From: Camelus ferus
Taxonomy: Eukaryota
Reading direction: 5' to 3'
DNA: 64,000 nt
Assembly: GCF_009834535.1 (NCBI RefSeq)
Contig: NC_045696.1
Span: 13,518,001 to 13,582,000 of the forward strand
Each line of letters begins with the position of its first letter. Position 1 is the first letter of the stretch. Positions 51,834 to 64,000 of this stretch are shown piece by piece. Under the pieces are notes generated by a model. The model had not been told where the DNA came from and ran no database searches. It saw nothing but the letters and a program-made list of their open reading frames with translations. The position numbers and the translations under genes were made by a program.

Positions 51834-52527
51834 AGGCAGGGATGTTTATCTCCTGGAACCACACCAGCGATCTTAGAAAGACCTTATTCTCATCAGGCAA
51901 AGGAGGTTAGCAAGCATAGAGCTGGTTGGACCAGCTCTTTACATTAAACTTTTGGTGGCAGACGTTAAAGAAAACAACATAAAGGTTTTTTGTTTTTTTT
52001 TTTTCCTACCAAATGGAAAAATTATTGATTTGAGGGTAATTTAAGATGAGCTTAAAATCTCAAAAGTGAAATAATATTTACACAATTTGCATGCTTATGG
52101 ACTCACTTACAAATACTCTGGTGGTAGGAGTGGGAAATTAACATCCTACTATCTGCTACTAATCTCACTTAATGTATGAGTTTGGAGTTATCAATCTAAC
52201 ATAGGTTGACAAAGATAAGACTCAGGGCTCCTGATGGTGAAGATGGTAATAATAATGGCAGATAAGGAAGAAAAGTGTCAAGAGAGATAAATGAAGAAAA
52301 AGGAGGAAAAGATGTGTATGATTAGCTCTAAAGTGAAAGGAAAACAAAGGGAGTAAGGATAGACAATTGCTTATTTGATAAATGAGGATCCTAACCACAA
52401 AATTGCTTGAGGATGGTGGAGGAGAAGACAGCTGGTGGCTATGTATTCTTTAGTTGTATGTCAGCTCCCCAAGGAATGTCTTCTTGAATGGCTGTGTTAA
52501 TAAAATGTGAACATTTGTCAGCGTCAC

Positions 52528-53365
52528 TGTATCAGTTTCCTAGGTCACTATAGCAAATGACCTCAAACTGGGTGGTTTAGCAGAGAACAGAAACAGACTC
52601 TCAGACATAGAAAAATTTACAGTTATCAAAGGGGAAAGGGCTGGGGGACAGATAAATAAGGAGTATGGGATTAACAGATACACACCACTGTGCATAAAAT
52701 AGATAAACAACAAGGACCTACTGTACAACACAGGAAACTATATTCAGTGTCTTGTAATAACCTTTAATGGAAAATAACCTGAAGAAGAAATATATGTATG
52801 TACATATATAACTGAGTCACTTTGCTGTGCACCTGAAACATTGTAAATCAAGTATACTTCAATAAAATAAAATAAAATTGGGAGAAAAAAAAAGCTAGGT
52901 GCCTTAAATAACAAATCTGTTGTCTCATAACTTTGGAGGCCAAAAGGCCAAAACCAAGGAGCCGGTAGGCATACTCACTCCAGAAATTCTAGGGGAGGAC
53001 ACTTCTTTGCCTCTTCCAGCTGCTGGTGGTTCCAAGCAAATCATAAGTCCTTAGATTACGGCAGTGTAACTCCAGTCTTTGACTCTGCCTTCACATGACC
53101 ATCTTCTCTTCGTGTCTGTGGGTCTGTATGTCTTCACGTGTGTTTCTCTCCTCCTCTTAGAAGGCCATCCTACTGTGTCTCCTTCCTCTTAAAAGGATGC
53201 CAGTCATACTGGATTAGCTCATTTTAAACTAACTAACCAGGTACATCTTGAATTAGCTAACTACACTTTCAGTGACCCTATGTCCAAGCAGGGTCACGTT
53301 CTGAAGTGCAGGGAGCTAGGATGTCCACATATCTCTTTATTGGAGACACAATTCAGCACGTAACA
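52528..53365 (-). mobile_element. MLT1C/D-type solo LTR interrupted by an L1 3' end
   Basis: tgtatcagtttcctagg...caaactgggtggttta | L1 | ...ctaggggaggacacttctttgcctcttccagc...ggagacacaattcagcacgtaaca. Confidence 0.82.
52580..52891 (+). mobile_element. Artiodactyl-type L1 3' end
   Basis: aacagactctcagacatagaaaa...gggattaacagatacacaccactg...aaggacctactgtacaacacaggaaactatattcag...tatacttcaataaaa; degenerate TSD aaactgggtggttta / aagctaggtgcctta. Confidence 0.85.
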
Positions 53366-56300
53366 CTCATTATAGGGACTTGAGTTCCCAAAAATGGAAA
53401 ATAATATTCCTACTAAGGCTCGTCTATTTTTAGTCCCTCTTTTTAATATATTCAAGAACTAAAAATCTGACTTCATAGCACATTGAAAATAATTATTAAA
53501 ATGTGTTGTTGAGAGTTAAGCTAGTCATTTTTAAGATAAAAGCAAAAATGTGTCAAAAGTTTTAAGACTGTTTTCATTGTCAATTCAATGAACTCTGTAT
53601 CTTCAAGATTTCTTCCTTTTCTGGAAGGGTATTGAAGACTGAATGGCCCCAAAGAAAAAGGACTTGAACACTCTACAGTCAAACTGCACTCAGCAAATAA
53701 AAGAACTTCAATATGCTTTTTAAAAATATTGTGTGTGTGGAATCCTATCCGTAACCTACAGACATTAAAGCTGCCAAGACCACACATAAAAATCCAACTA
53801 TAATAGGTTAAACTTCGTATTTCTTAATGACTCCTTAAATTGATTTCTAAATAAAGCAATCCAAAATATCTCATAAAAATCTTCCAACATTTATAAATAT
53901 CAGAGGCTAATAGCAGCAGATTATTTAATCATTTTGGTCTTCATGTATTCTATTTGACCATTATTTTTTCTTTTATATTGCTTTGTTTCTTTGCAGGTGC
54001 TTTGAAAGTAAAAAAACGTGTATCTTTCACCTATTCTCTGTTTCCCGAAACAGCCTTATTTATGTGGGAACCAGTGAGGATTTGGGCAAACCTTTCCTTT
54101 CATGAAACTGGTGAGAGTTTTGACAATCTGGCTGCTAGCCTGAATTTTGTGGCACATCTGTAGTTATAAATATAGAATTTCAATTATGTAAATCACCTTG
54201 GCAGTGTCTTTTTAAAAGTTAAAAAAGAACACAGTAGTTTATCCCCTGTACGTTTTAGTAATATTCTTATGATTTAAGTCTGTGCTACCAAAATTAAATT
54301 AAAAGCTACATTACACGCCAGTTTTTTTTTTTTAAGAAGGGAGCTTTCTAAAAGCTTTGAGTTTCTTCAAATGAAAAAATAGGCTACTTTATTGTGTTAA
54401 AGGTTTAGAAAACAAAGGGAAAAAAATCCTTATCTCTATCCTGCTCCCTTCTCTATTATAATCTAAGACCTGAACAATAGCATAAGCAATAAGACCAGCA
54501 GTTTTACTGTAGAATCACAATTTGACTATAAGCAGGCTTATTCCTTTTTTCTTATTTTTCTCTTTACAACTTATGTCAGCAGTTACCAGTGCATTATCTA
54601 CTTGAGAACAGGAATACAACTTCATTTCCTACCAATTCTCTTTGAAATTACCTATGCGGAGAGGTGTCCTTCAAATCTAAAACCCTGGCATAGATCCTGG
54701 CATACGTTAGACGCCCATAATGTTTGCCGGGTAAATTAGAAGCCAAGGAGAATAAAAGGGGGAAAAACAATGGCCAGTGAAGGAGTTTTTGTTGTAGTGA
54801 ACCAACTAGACACTAGCTTCCAGGTCAAGTTTCCTGGGGTTGCCTGCTGATCCTTGCTTCGTACCTGTGACTACGTGCAAGCTGCATCTGTCTCAGGGAA
54901 AACCTCTCTCCTTGCAGTGTCATAGATTTTTAACAAGTATTGAAGGCCATCCCAAAGGACACTCTTTGCATTTTCAAAATCGATTTAGAAATCATCAGGT
55001 TTTCTGTAAGGAAAGCAAATTACAGTACAGCGACCTTCTCTGGCAGGAGACCTTTGTAGGTCTTACTGTGGATGGTTCTGAATCCGTCAGTGTTAGTAAC
55101 ATCCTCTCATAACGTGGGTCATGGGCACAGGCCTCTAGTCCTTCCATTTTGTAACTGTTATTGTTTTTGTTTTTCCTTTTCCTTTGTATTTCTTGACTTC
55201 AGCCTAATTCACATTCTGCCTACTCTGTTCTGTTGCTGCATGAATGCCTTGCCTTCCACTGGCTGATGACTTTTCTGTTCCTTGACCCTGCAGAAACACT
55301 TTACTGCCTTTTTGCTACAAAGCAGGACAGGATAATATATCTCAGTCAAAATATCTCATTTCTCTCTGTGAGTGTATCTGAAAATTCATGTTTCCATCAA
55401 CAGTTGCTGAAACACTCACTTGGAGAAATGCTGAAAATGTCCTCACCAGGAACACACTGGTGGCTCCAACTGTGCCCTCCCTTTCAGATGTCTGGTTCGC
55501 CGTGGAGTGCTTCAAGGCCAAGAAGATGCCGGGTCCCCAAATGTTTCCTAATCAGGTCATCTTTGACACACCCTCCAAGAAACTCCTTGGATTGCCCCTG
55601 AATTGTGACAACAACTAAATCAATCATTTGCTACTGAGCAACTTACATAACTAATTTAGACACATAATGCAGTGTTGTTAATGATAATAAAATGCTTTTA
55701 AAGCTAAGAAATTAGATAATCAGCCTAGAAATAAATCATCTTTTGCATATACAATATATAGTTTTCTCCCAAACCCTGATATCAAGGATTCTTAATTCAT
55801 GTCATAAAACATAATTAAAATTAAAAGGAAACAGATTATTTTATCAGTTTTAACAAGTACATCATTTCCTTTAACTGTGCTTTATGGTTTTTTTTTTTTT
55901 GAAGTGGCAAATGTACTTTTGATCTTATGTCATCAAAAAACATCTTTAATTTTACATTTTAAAGAAATATGCCAGTGATTTTGCTAATTATTGTTCTTTT
56001 TCTCCTTCAGATTATAAAATTGTTTAAAGTTAATTAACTATTCTTCTTTACTTGAAGTGAAAAACTGTGATGCTTAGAACATTCTCAATTGTGTTTGAAA
56101 TGATTTCTTGGATCAAAATATAAAATTATGTTTTCATAAATTCCCTGAAGGAAAATATTAAGCACTACTCCAGTGTTTAAAAAACTTTTTGATCAAAATT
56201 CATTTATGTCTGTTTTTAGTTTAAAGTTATCTTTTTTATGAAATAAAGTTACTTTTTAATCATTTTAGTGATAGGCATTGGAAAATAAATAACACTATGA

Positions 56301-56799
56301 AATACTTCAGAAGAGTATGACTATTGATATGCTCCATCCAAGAATAATGAAATCTTGGTGCTAAACCAAAACCACTCAATATCCACTACATGATGTCTCT
56401 TAGTAGGTAATAGATTTCTTTCCAAGGTCTGCTAATGCCTAAAAAATCTTAGCTTCAAATGAACCTATGGAGATACAGTTCTATGTCAAATTATTTTAAT
56501 TGATAATATTTACATTTTGATCTTCAGTTCTATCCCTTTTGTATCTTCCAGAGAGATCAATAATTGAAAAATGAAATAGCTCTAATGTGTGAACTCACAC
56601 TCTACATTGGACTGTCTCTCTATGAAACAGGAAGGTTTTAGCCAAAATCATCCCAAGGTCTTTAAATGGGCATGCAGGCCAAAGATGACCAATTCTCTGC
56701 AGCTTGAACTGCCCACCACTGCCCAACATGACACGAACGCTCTGCCTCCGGCCTGCTTCAGTCCTTGAGGCTGACTGTGGCCTGAAAATGGATTAATAA

Positions 56800-57020
56800 T
56801 CAAGAAAGTTACATTTCATATAATAGTTATCAAGCAACAGACTCTGGGCTGAGCTCTTTCTGTAGATTATTTTTAATTCTCCCAATAATCGAAATGAAGT
56901 AGATAGACGTCATTCCGTTTTAGAAATGGAGAAACTCGGTTTTGGAAAACTAAAGTCCTGGCCCCAAATCATCCAGCTCTTAAGTGCACAAGCCATTATC
57001 TGATTCCAGAGTCTGCTCTT
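56800..57020 (-). mobile_element. MIR SINE
   Basis: taattctcccaataatc...cattccgttttagaaatggagaaactcgg...tctgattccagagtctgctcttaa. Confidence 0.7.
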
Positions 57021-57669
57021 AAAATAGCAAATGGGAGTCCTAGCTCCACTTTGGGGGAATCGCTGCTGTGGGCTCTCAACTGGATGGGAAATACATAGTT
57101 GTCTCAGCTCTGAGAAGTGCGAACCTGTCTTGTTCCTTCATCTTCTTCCAAGACCTTGTCTTGTGTTGTCCTGTCTTGACCTTCTGCACAGAGCCAAGTG
57201 GCCTCCAGAGAGATGTCCTGGATGTTCCCTCGCTGCCAGCCCCTCAGAACATCATGATGTCACGCACTTACAGTTCTCCATTTGCTTATCCCTGCGTATC
57301 AGCACAACATAGGAGCACAAGCTTTGCGGTACTATGTTTTCTGAGCCTGTATCACTTAAGTCCTGTTCCCTGATTGCCCAAATGGATTTACTTTTACTCT
57401 TGACTCAGTCTTCCTCACTCCAATCATCCTAATTGCCCAAACTATAAAGCTAAATATTACCATAACTTATGAGAACAACTCTAACTGACTGTTATAATTA
57501 ATTTTTGTGTGCAATCAAGTTGACTATGGAAAAAAGTAATAAAAATTTAGTAGTGATTATACAAAAGGATAATAACAATTACACCATTGTCCAGGTCCTC
57601 TTTATACATTGTGAGATGGAACTTACCACCTCTGTTATTTCCCTGATAACCGCCTTTTACTGATTTCAC

Positions 57670-58085
57670 AATTTAACAAATAGTTATTGAGCCTTTTCTT
57701 CTTGTCAGGAACTGTCTTAAATGCCAGAGGTATATAAGTGAACAACAGAACAAGACCCAGCCTTCAAGTATGTAACATTTCATTTGAGTATGGGGTGGGG
57801 ACTGAGGACTGGTGGCTGTACATAAGTAACAAACGAAAATATTGGATAATAATAAGTTCCATACAAAAGGTTAAAGTGGAGAGATGTTATAGAGAATGAC
57901 TATTTTAGTTTGGTGGTTTGAAAAAGCTCTTTCTGGAGAAGTCAGATTTAAGCTGATTTCCACGGGGAAGGTATAGCTCAAGTGGTAGAGTGCATGCTTT
58001 GCATGCACAAGGTCCTGGGTTCAATCCCCAGTACCTCCTCCAAATATAAATAAATAAATTCAATTACCTCCCCCTCATTAAAAAA

Positions 58086-58125
<40 letters not shown>

Positions 58126-58170
58126 TGGTTTCTGAATGACAAAAAGAAGCCAATTGTACAATCCAGGCAT
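57670..58170 (-). mobile_element. L2 3' fragment interrupted by a vic-1 SINE
   Basis: atttaacaaatagttattgagcc...gtcaggaactgtcttaaatgc...gtgaacaacagaacaagacccagccttcaag. Confidence 0.7.
57964..58115 (+). mobile_element. vic-1-type SINE, full length
   Basis: ggggaaggtatagctcaagtggtagagtgcatgc...ggtcctgggttcaatccccagtacctcc; poly-A then (AG)n tail; 17-bp TSD agatttaagctg(a/g)tttc at 57944-57960 and 58116-58132. Confidence 0.92.
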
Positions 58171-59279
58171 CTCAGTGCCATATGTGCAACTGGAGTTTTA
58201 TCAAGAATATTAGTGAGTCAGCAAAGAGTTCTGAACAGGCATCTTAAACTCTGCATAAAATACCTGTGAAAATAAAATTTCTTGTGGGAAATCCATGGAT
58301 GATGTCATCAAACCTATCTCCTTCCTGACTATGATGATTCAGAGTTGTTTTGCCAGACTCGGTGATGTTAAATTATAGATTATCTGTGTAGGACGCTGTA
58401 TGTAACTGTTAATGAAATAATGTAAGGAACAAATGCATTAAAAAAGAAAGTGTGTGCCTATTATGTGTTTTTTAAAACACATCAAACCACATCACTTAAG
58501 ACTGTGTTGGTAGACGTGACCATTATTTTTTATTTGACAGCAAGACCTACTTCCAGATTTAGGTTCCTCTCTCTCCTCTTAGTCCTGCTACATTTGGGTC
58601 ATACCTGCCTTATTCAGTGATATGATCCAGATCGTGAGTACTCAGGTATAGACAATAAGATCTTTTACAAAAATAAATTCTAATTATCTTAGACTTATAT
58701 AATTAAAATATTATTTGTGGCTTTTATTTGGAAAAGGTTCTTTTTCTTTTTAAGTTTGGTAATAATAATGTTTTACCATTTCTGTGTCAAAAAAATTACA
58801 AAGAAAGTTCACAACTTGCTGAATACTTTACAATTAAAGGATCACAACACTGGAAAACACTCTCTGTTTTTAGGTAAATGAGTATCTAGAGCATTTGATG
58901 TCTTTTCCTTGTTGAGAGTTTCAAAGGAAGCCAACTCCAGAGATTGGATGGAAGAGACTCTTACTATTTTCTCAGCTGAAAGATAAGAAATCGTCTTTTT
59001 GTCAAGCTTAAATCTCTTTTTATGTCCATCTGTTGGGGTCTTCTGGGAATTAACCACAAGTTGTCATCAAGTAATTTCTGAAAGCTCAGGAATAATTAAA
59101 AGTGATTGAAATAATTAAATTTTATTTCTCTGGGTCAAAAAATATGTTTTTCCATTTACTCAGAATTTTTTGTCTGAATTTATATAGAATGTATAGACTT
59201 GTGCTCCAAAAGGATATGACATGACATACACGATTAAACATAGTATAACTAAAGAAATGAAAATAAATAAGAAGACCAA

Positions 59280-60700
59280 TGACTTCTACTTCTGCCATGA
59301 CAGAGTGACTGGTAATTGACATGCCCTCCTGCTGAAAAACGACTACAAATTGGACAAAATGTATGAAACCACTATTTTCAGATACTCATCAATAAGCAAT
59401 GCAGGACTATGACCCTGAGAAGAGAGTAACAAGCCAGGTAAGCCCTACAAACACCCTGACTTTTTGCCTGGAAGCACGTTTCGGTTCACAGAGCAAGAAG
59501 GGGAACTCAAACAAAACACGGATTCTAGGGCAATAAGACAGAAATTACCGTGTGGGGGTCTGAAAGAGCTGGGATTTGTCCAGCAGAGTACAGAGGGAGC
59601 TACATGGAAATAACGCTCCAGACACCTGCATAAGGGTGTCTTTAAGTGTGCTGCTGAATATTAACCCACATGAGTAGAGGGAAACTCCATGAGATCACAC
59701 AGAAAACTACCAGAGACGGCAAGTGGGATCAGTCCTAGCGTTTATACAACACCAAGTGATGTGAGTTCTAATTAACTGGAGTGGAGTGACCGTGTTTGAT
59801 CACCAAGGTTATTTAGTCAAGGTCCCAGAAACATTTTGGTAGTAACAGCCTTGAAGTAGAGAATATTTTAGCTCTACCCTAACACAGCTTAAAAACAAGT
59901 TTTAAAATGATCAAGATGAACATCAAGTAATTTAACTGAGCCAAAATAAAATTCAACATTCTTTAAAGGAAGAAAGCAAAAACCAGACACTCATTTATTT
60001 AACATATATCATCTTGAGAGTTGAATAAAAATTGCCAGGGAAAAAAAAAAAAACAAAAATATAACTCACAGCCAGGAGAAAAATTAGTCAGTTGAAAGAT
60101 TCCTAGAAATGGCAGAGATGATGAGACTACTGAGTAAGAACAGGAAAACCGCCAAGAATTTAAAGGAAGACGTGAACACAATAAAGAGCAAAGTGTTGTT
60201 TAAAAAGGAAGAAGGATCAAATGAAATTTCTAAAGGAGAAAGTTACCATATCTAAAATGAAAGTTTGTCCTGGGTGAGATTAACAGCAGATTAGAGAGTG
60301 CAGAAAGAAAGATCAGTGAGCTTTTCAATCACAGAAAAACTAGCAAAACCAAGCACACGGAGGAAAAAAGACAGAAAAACAGTTTAGTAGAGCTTTAGTC
60401 ATGTAACCTGTGGGATAAAAAATAAGAGTCCCATAGAGTACAAATATTTAAAGAAATAATAGCCATATTTCCTTTTCTTTTCTTTCTTTCTTTTTTTTTT
60501 TTTTTTAAACAAATCTGGAAACTCACAGAACCAAGATCAATGAACCCAAGCAAAGACAAAGAAAATCATGCCAAGGCATATCACCAAATTTCTGAAAACC
60601 AGTAATAAAGAAAAATTATAAAAGAAAGCCAAAGGAAAAAACTCATTATCTATAGGGAAATACATTTAAGAATTACCACAAACATTTCATTTGAAAAAAA
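59280..60700 (+). mobile_element. Ancient L1M 5' UTR plus degraded ORF1
   Basis: gacttctacttctgccatgacagagt...ggacaaaatgtatgaaaccactattttcaga (L1M 5' end); ORF1 relics agcagattagag...agatcagtgagctt, aaatatttaaagaaataatagc, ccaaggcatatca...ctgaaaacca. Confidence 0.7.
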
Positions 60701-60704
60701 AAAT

Positions 60705-61025
60705 GAAAGCAGTATGGATGAAATTTAAAAATGTGATTCTAAGCAAAAGAACTCAGACACAAAGAAACATATGGTATATTTCCATGTACCTGACATTCGA
60801 GAATAGCAAAAGTAAATTCTGGTGACAGAAAACAGATTCATCTTTGCCCCTGAGGTAGGACAATAGAAAATAAAATACACAAATCAAATTTCTGCAGTCA
60901 CGTTGGTGTTCTGTATCTTGTCTGTAATCACATAGTTGTATATATTTGTCAGGAAAATATCAACATGTACACTTAAAATGGGTACATTTTATTGTACTAA
61001 AATTATTCCTTAACAAACTAATTTC
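60705..61025 (+). mobile_element. Ancient L1M 3' end
   Basis: atggatgaaatttaaaaatgtgattctaagcaaaagaactcagacacaaa...tgttctgtatcttg...tgtacacttaaaatgggtacattttattgta. Confidence 0.7.
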
Positions 61026-62730
61026 AGAAACAAAAGCAGAATAGAGGTCATCTTAAAAAGAACAGGGATAGATGTAAACATGTGCTTGACTTGAGCCGAT
61101 TAACACAACTGGTCATTAAATTTGGTTATAATTCTTTTGGAAGCCAAGGTAAGAGAGAACACATAGGCTTAAATTGTTTCCTTTGTCTGACAACAGAAAT
61201 CATGGAGATTAATTACTGAGACACAGGTTTGTTTGTTTGGTTGTTTCCTCAGTAAACCAACCAAAGGAAGGAAGATGGTGGAAATTTTTGGTAATATGAC
61301 TAATGTTTTCAATTCTGGTTTTAGCAAATATGCAAATACTGTTCAAATAAATAATGCATGAAGCAAACATCTTTATACAAGGTACAAAGCATTTTGCAGC
61401 ATTGGAGACAATGCTGCTCAAGAACATTTTGACTTCTATTTATCTTCTGTAATCATTAATGGGTTTCATAGGATCTAGGAGAATACATAGTTAATATGGC
61501 CATAGACAAACTTCTCAATATCTGATTTCAAGATGATAATTAATTACTAATTAAATGTTTTGAGAAGAGTTTTTAGAATAGATATTCTGAATTATTGGCT
61601 GAAGAGAAAACCGTACACTTTAAACACCACATATATGGGCAGCAAATTTGTATCCTATGTGAACTTTAAAAACTGAGCTTATATTTTCACAAAACCAGAA
61701 AGCTATCACCCTTAAACCAAATGTAGACATAGAAGTAATCAGTACTGATTCTTTTTTTTTTTTTTTCTGAAAAAGAAAAAAGAAGCTTTGGTTTGTCTCA
61801 ATGTTTTAAATCAAATTGGTTAATATCCCAGTGTTCTGTACCATGTGATTGGAACAGAAAATTATCTATTTTTTAAACTCTTGACATCTCTGTATGCTCC
61901 CAAAGACTTGAAATTTACTGTCCTTTTATAAAGAGATTGAGAAAAAATTTTAATTTAAAAAATAAAATGAGGTTTTAAGTGCTAGCCAAGGTGGAATAAT
62001 TCCACAAGAGCCTATCTCTTCCACAGATTACAGATAAAACTCAGGACATAAGACATGGAAGCAGGTTATCAAACCAAAAAAGGATCCCTTAATACTGGGC
62101 TCTTTGGATAATTTTTATAGGAAAGATTCTAGAATAGCCAAGCTTATTAACTTTATTTTCTGTCACACAGTTTTCCTTCTGAACCAATGGTCCATTGCAT
62201 CTCTGATGACACTCAGGCTTTTAGACTTCATCCTAATTCAAACTTAGTATGCATAGCATATACTAAAAAAATGCTAAATAAATTGATTTCAAAATTAGCA
62301 TTTTAAACATTCAAAACAGCTTGAAAGGCACTTTGCTGAAAAACAATTATCTAATTTATTTCACACCTAAGTATTAATTATTTTTATATTCTGCAATGTT
62401 AATATTGTCTAAATCTGTCAGTCTCCAGTGGAACATCAAGTTAAATTTTGACTTTTATTCATTTGTGATTGTCTTCTTTAAAAAAGAAATAGTTTCTTTG
62501 TCTCTTAGTAACTTATCAAAATGAGATTGTTGAATTGTCTCAGGACATTTCTTTAATCACTAGAGAAAAATGCCCAGAACTCATTTTATCACTTCCTACA
62601 TAATGTCTTAATATTTATTTCTAAGGCTAATACTATTTCTGACATGACCCTGTGATTAATCAAATGTTTAATAGAAATAGATCCTGTTTCTTTGAATTTC
62701 ATATTAGCCTCATGTTAATGTGACTTAATA

Positions 62731-63236
62731 CAGGCAGACCTCGGAAGTATTGTGGGTTAGGTTCCAGGACCCTGCGATAAAGATGTGACTCTTCCTTTCA
62801 CTTCAACACTTAGAGGCCCTTGTAGTCTTAATTGGCCTAATTTCAATATGGTTGTGTCTCAGGGAATAAGGAAGCACAAGGAGAGGGAGAGAGATGGGGG
62901 AACCATCAGTTGGAGGAGCAGTCAGAACACACACAACGTTTATTGATAAAGTCTGTCTTCTTATATAAGCATGGTTCATGGCACAGCCCCCCAAACAATT
63001 GCAGTAATAAAATTAAAGATCACTGACCACAGACCACCATGACAAATGTGATAATAATGATGAAGTTTAAAACATGGAGAGAATTACCAAAATGTGACAC
63101 AGAGACATGAAGTAAGCAAATGCTATTGGAAAAGTGGTACCGGTAGAATGGCTCTTGACACAGAGTCGCCACAAAACTTCAGCTGGTAAACAACACAATG
63201 CAATAAAGCAAAGCACAATAAAATGAGGTCTGCCTG
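62731..63236 (-). mobile_element. Internally deleted Tigger1 derivative (Tigger1a_Art-like non-autonomous TcMar element)
   Basis: Perfect 12-bp TIRs CAGGCAGACCTC / GAGGTCTGCCTG with TA...CA flanks. The body is the Tigger1 left end up to the start of the transposase (ASKC...ERKS), joined directly to the last ~50 bp. Confidence 0.88.
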
Positions 63237-64000
63237 CACGGAGTAGTAAAAGTCTGTAGTTGGCTTGTTTGTGGGAGGTGTCAAGTTTGAACAAAACTCC
63301 CTGGTCTGTTTTGTCAGATTATACCAGGAATGTCGAAGGGGGAGTCGTCATCTTCCTGTCCCATTTTAGTTGTTTCCTTCAGGCTCCAAAGGCCAGGAAT
63401 GTTTCACACTCACATCTTGAGAAACTCATCAAAAGAATTGATGACACTGTAATAAATAGGCTTCAAAACACCATCAGCAACAACAAAAAAAAGTGGTTCA
63501 TGAAAAGCCAACTGTTAGCTAGGCTTTGCACATGGCTCTAATAGCCTTTGCTTTTAATACAAGTAATGTGCATTAGTGTGACTGTCTTTACAGAGACTTG
63601 AAGCCAGTTCCTCTCCCAAAAAGAATGCATTCCAAGGCAAGCAGCTAATTAGTTTTCATACAGCAACCAAAGGAGCCAAGGAGACTGAGCAGTAACTTCA
63701 GTTTCTTTCTCTGGAAGGCTAACTTGATGAGAATTGGAGATGAGTGGAGACTTCGACTTTGTCAGCTAAAATTAATTCATACTGCAAGGGGAAAGTATTT
63801 GGATGGTATCTGGAATTGCTTGAAACAAATACAGGAACACTGAAACACTTAATGAGGAACTTTTGTCAGGAAGCAGTTAGCAATTTTATACTGATTCCTC
63901 TCTTTACTGTTTTTTGGTTTTGTTTTTTCTTTTAAGCCTCTAGAAATTTCTTGTATTTACTTGGCTTGGCAAGACTGTGTGGCTGAAGTAATCTGTATTT

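Noticed and set aside
54840..55618. Overlapping plus-strand ORFs with an acceptor-like site near 55293
   Set aside because: No homology recognised; partly MIR-derived; ORF lengths are in the range expected by chance.
57964..58036. tRNA-like sequence with A and B boxes
   Set aside because: It is the head of a SINE (A-rich tail, TSD, four related copies in the window), not a tRNA gene.

Overview
Mammalian genomic DNA, AT-rich with one CpG island. It is almost certainly from a camelid (alpaca/llama/camel): it carries four vic-1-type tRNA-derived SINEs and I saw no Alu, B1/B2, Bov-A/tA or PRE-1 SINEs. The only protein-coding sequence I can support is exon 1 of GRIK1 (kainate receptor GluK1/GluR5) on the minus strand (ATG at 30049, splice donor at 29930), inside a CpG-island promoter (~29400-30900). 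Positions 1-29930 are GRIK1 intron 1 and ~30600-64000 is upstream intergenic DNA. Both are full of MIR, L2, L1, MaLR/ERVL LTRs and DNA-transposon fossils. Main observations: (1) a 1-bp insertion at 29970/29971 frameshifts GRIK1 inside its signal peptide in this sequence (real loss-of-function allele or assembly error); (2) a pre-miRNA-like 71-nt hairpin in intron 1; (3) three uORFs in the 5' leader; (4) a candidate RE1/NRSE and a perfect ER6 nuclear-receptor element in intron 1; (5) an exact 30-bp identity between two ancient MIR remnants next to a tandem duplication. None of the supplied long ORFs looks like a real gene, and I see no evidence of a novel multi-gene system. Repeat names and boundaries come from recognising consensus sequences by eye and are approximate.
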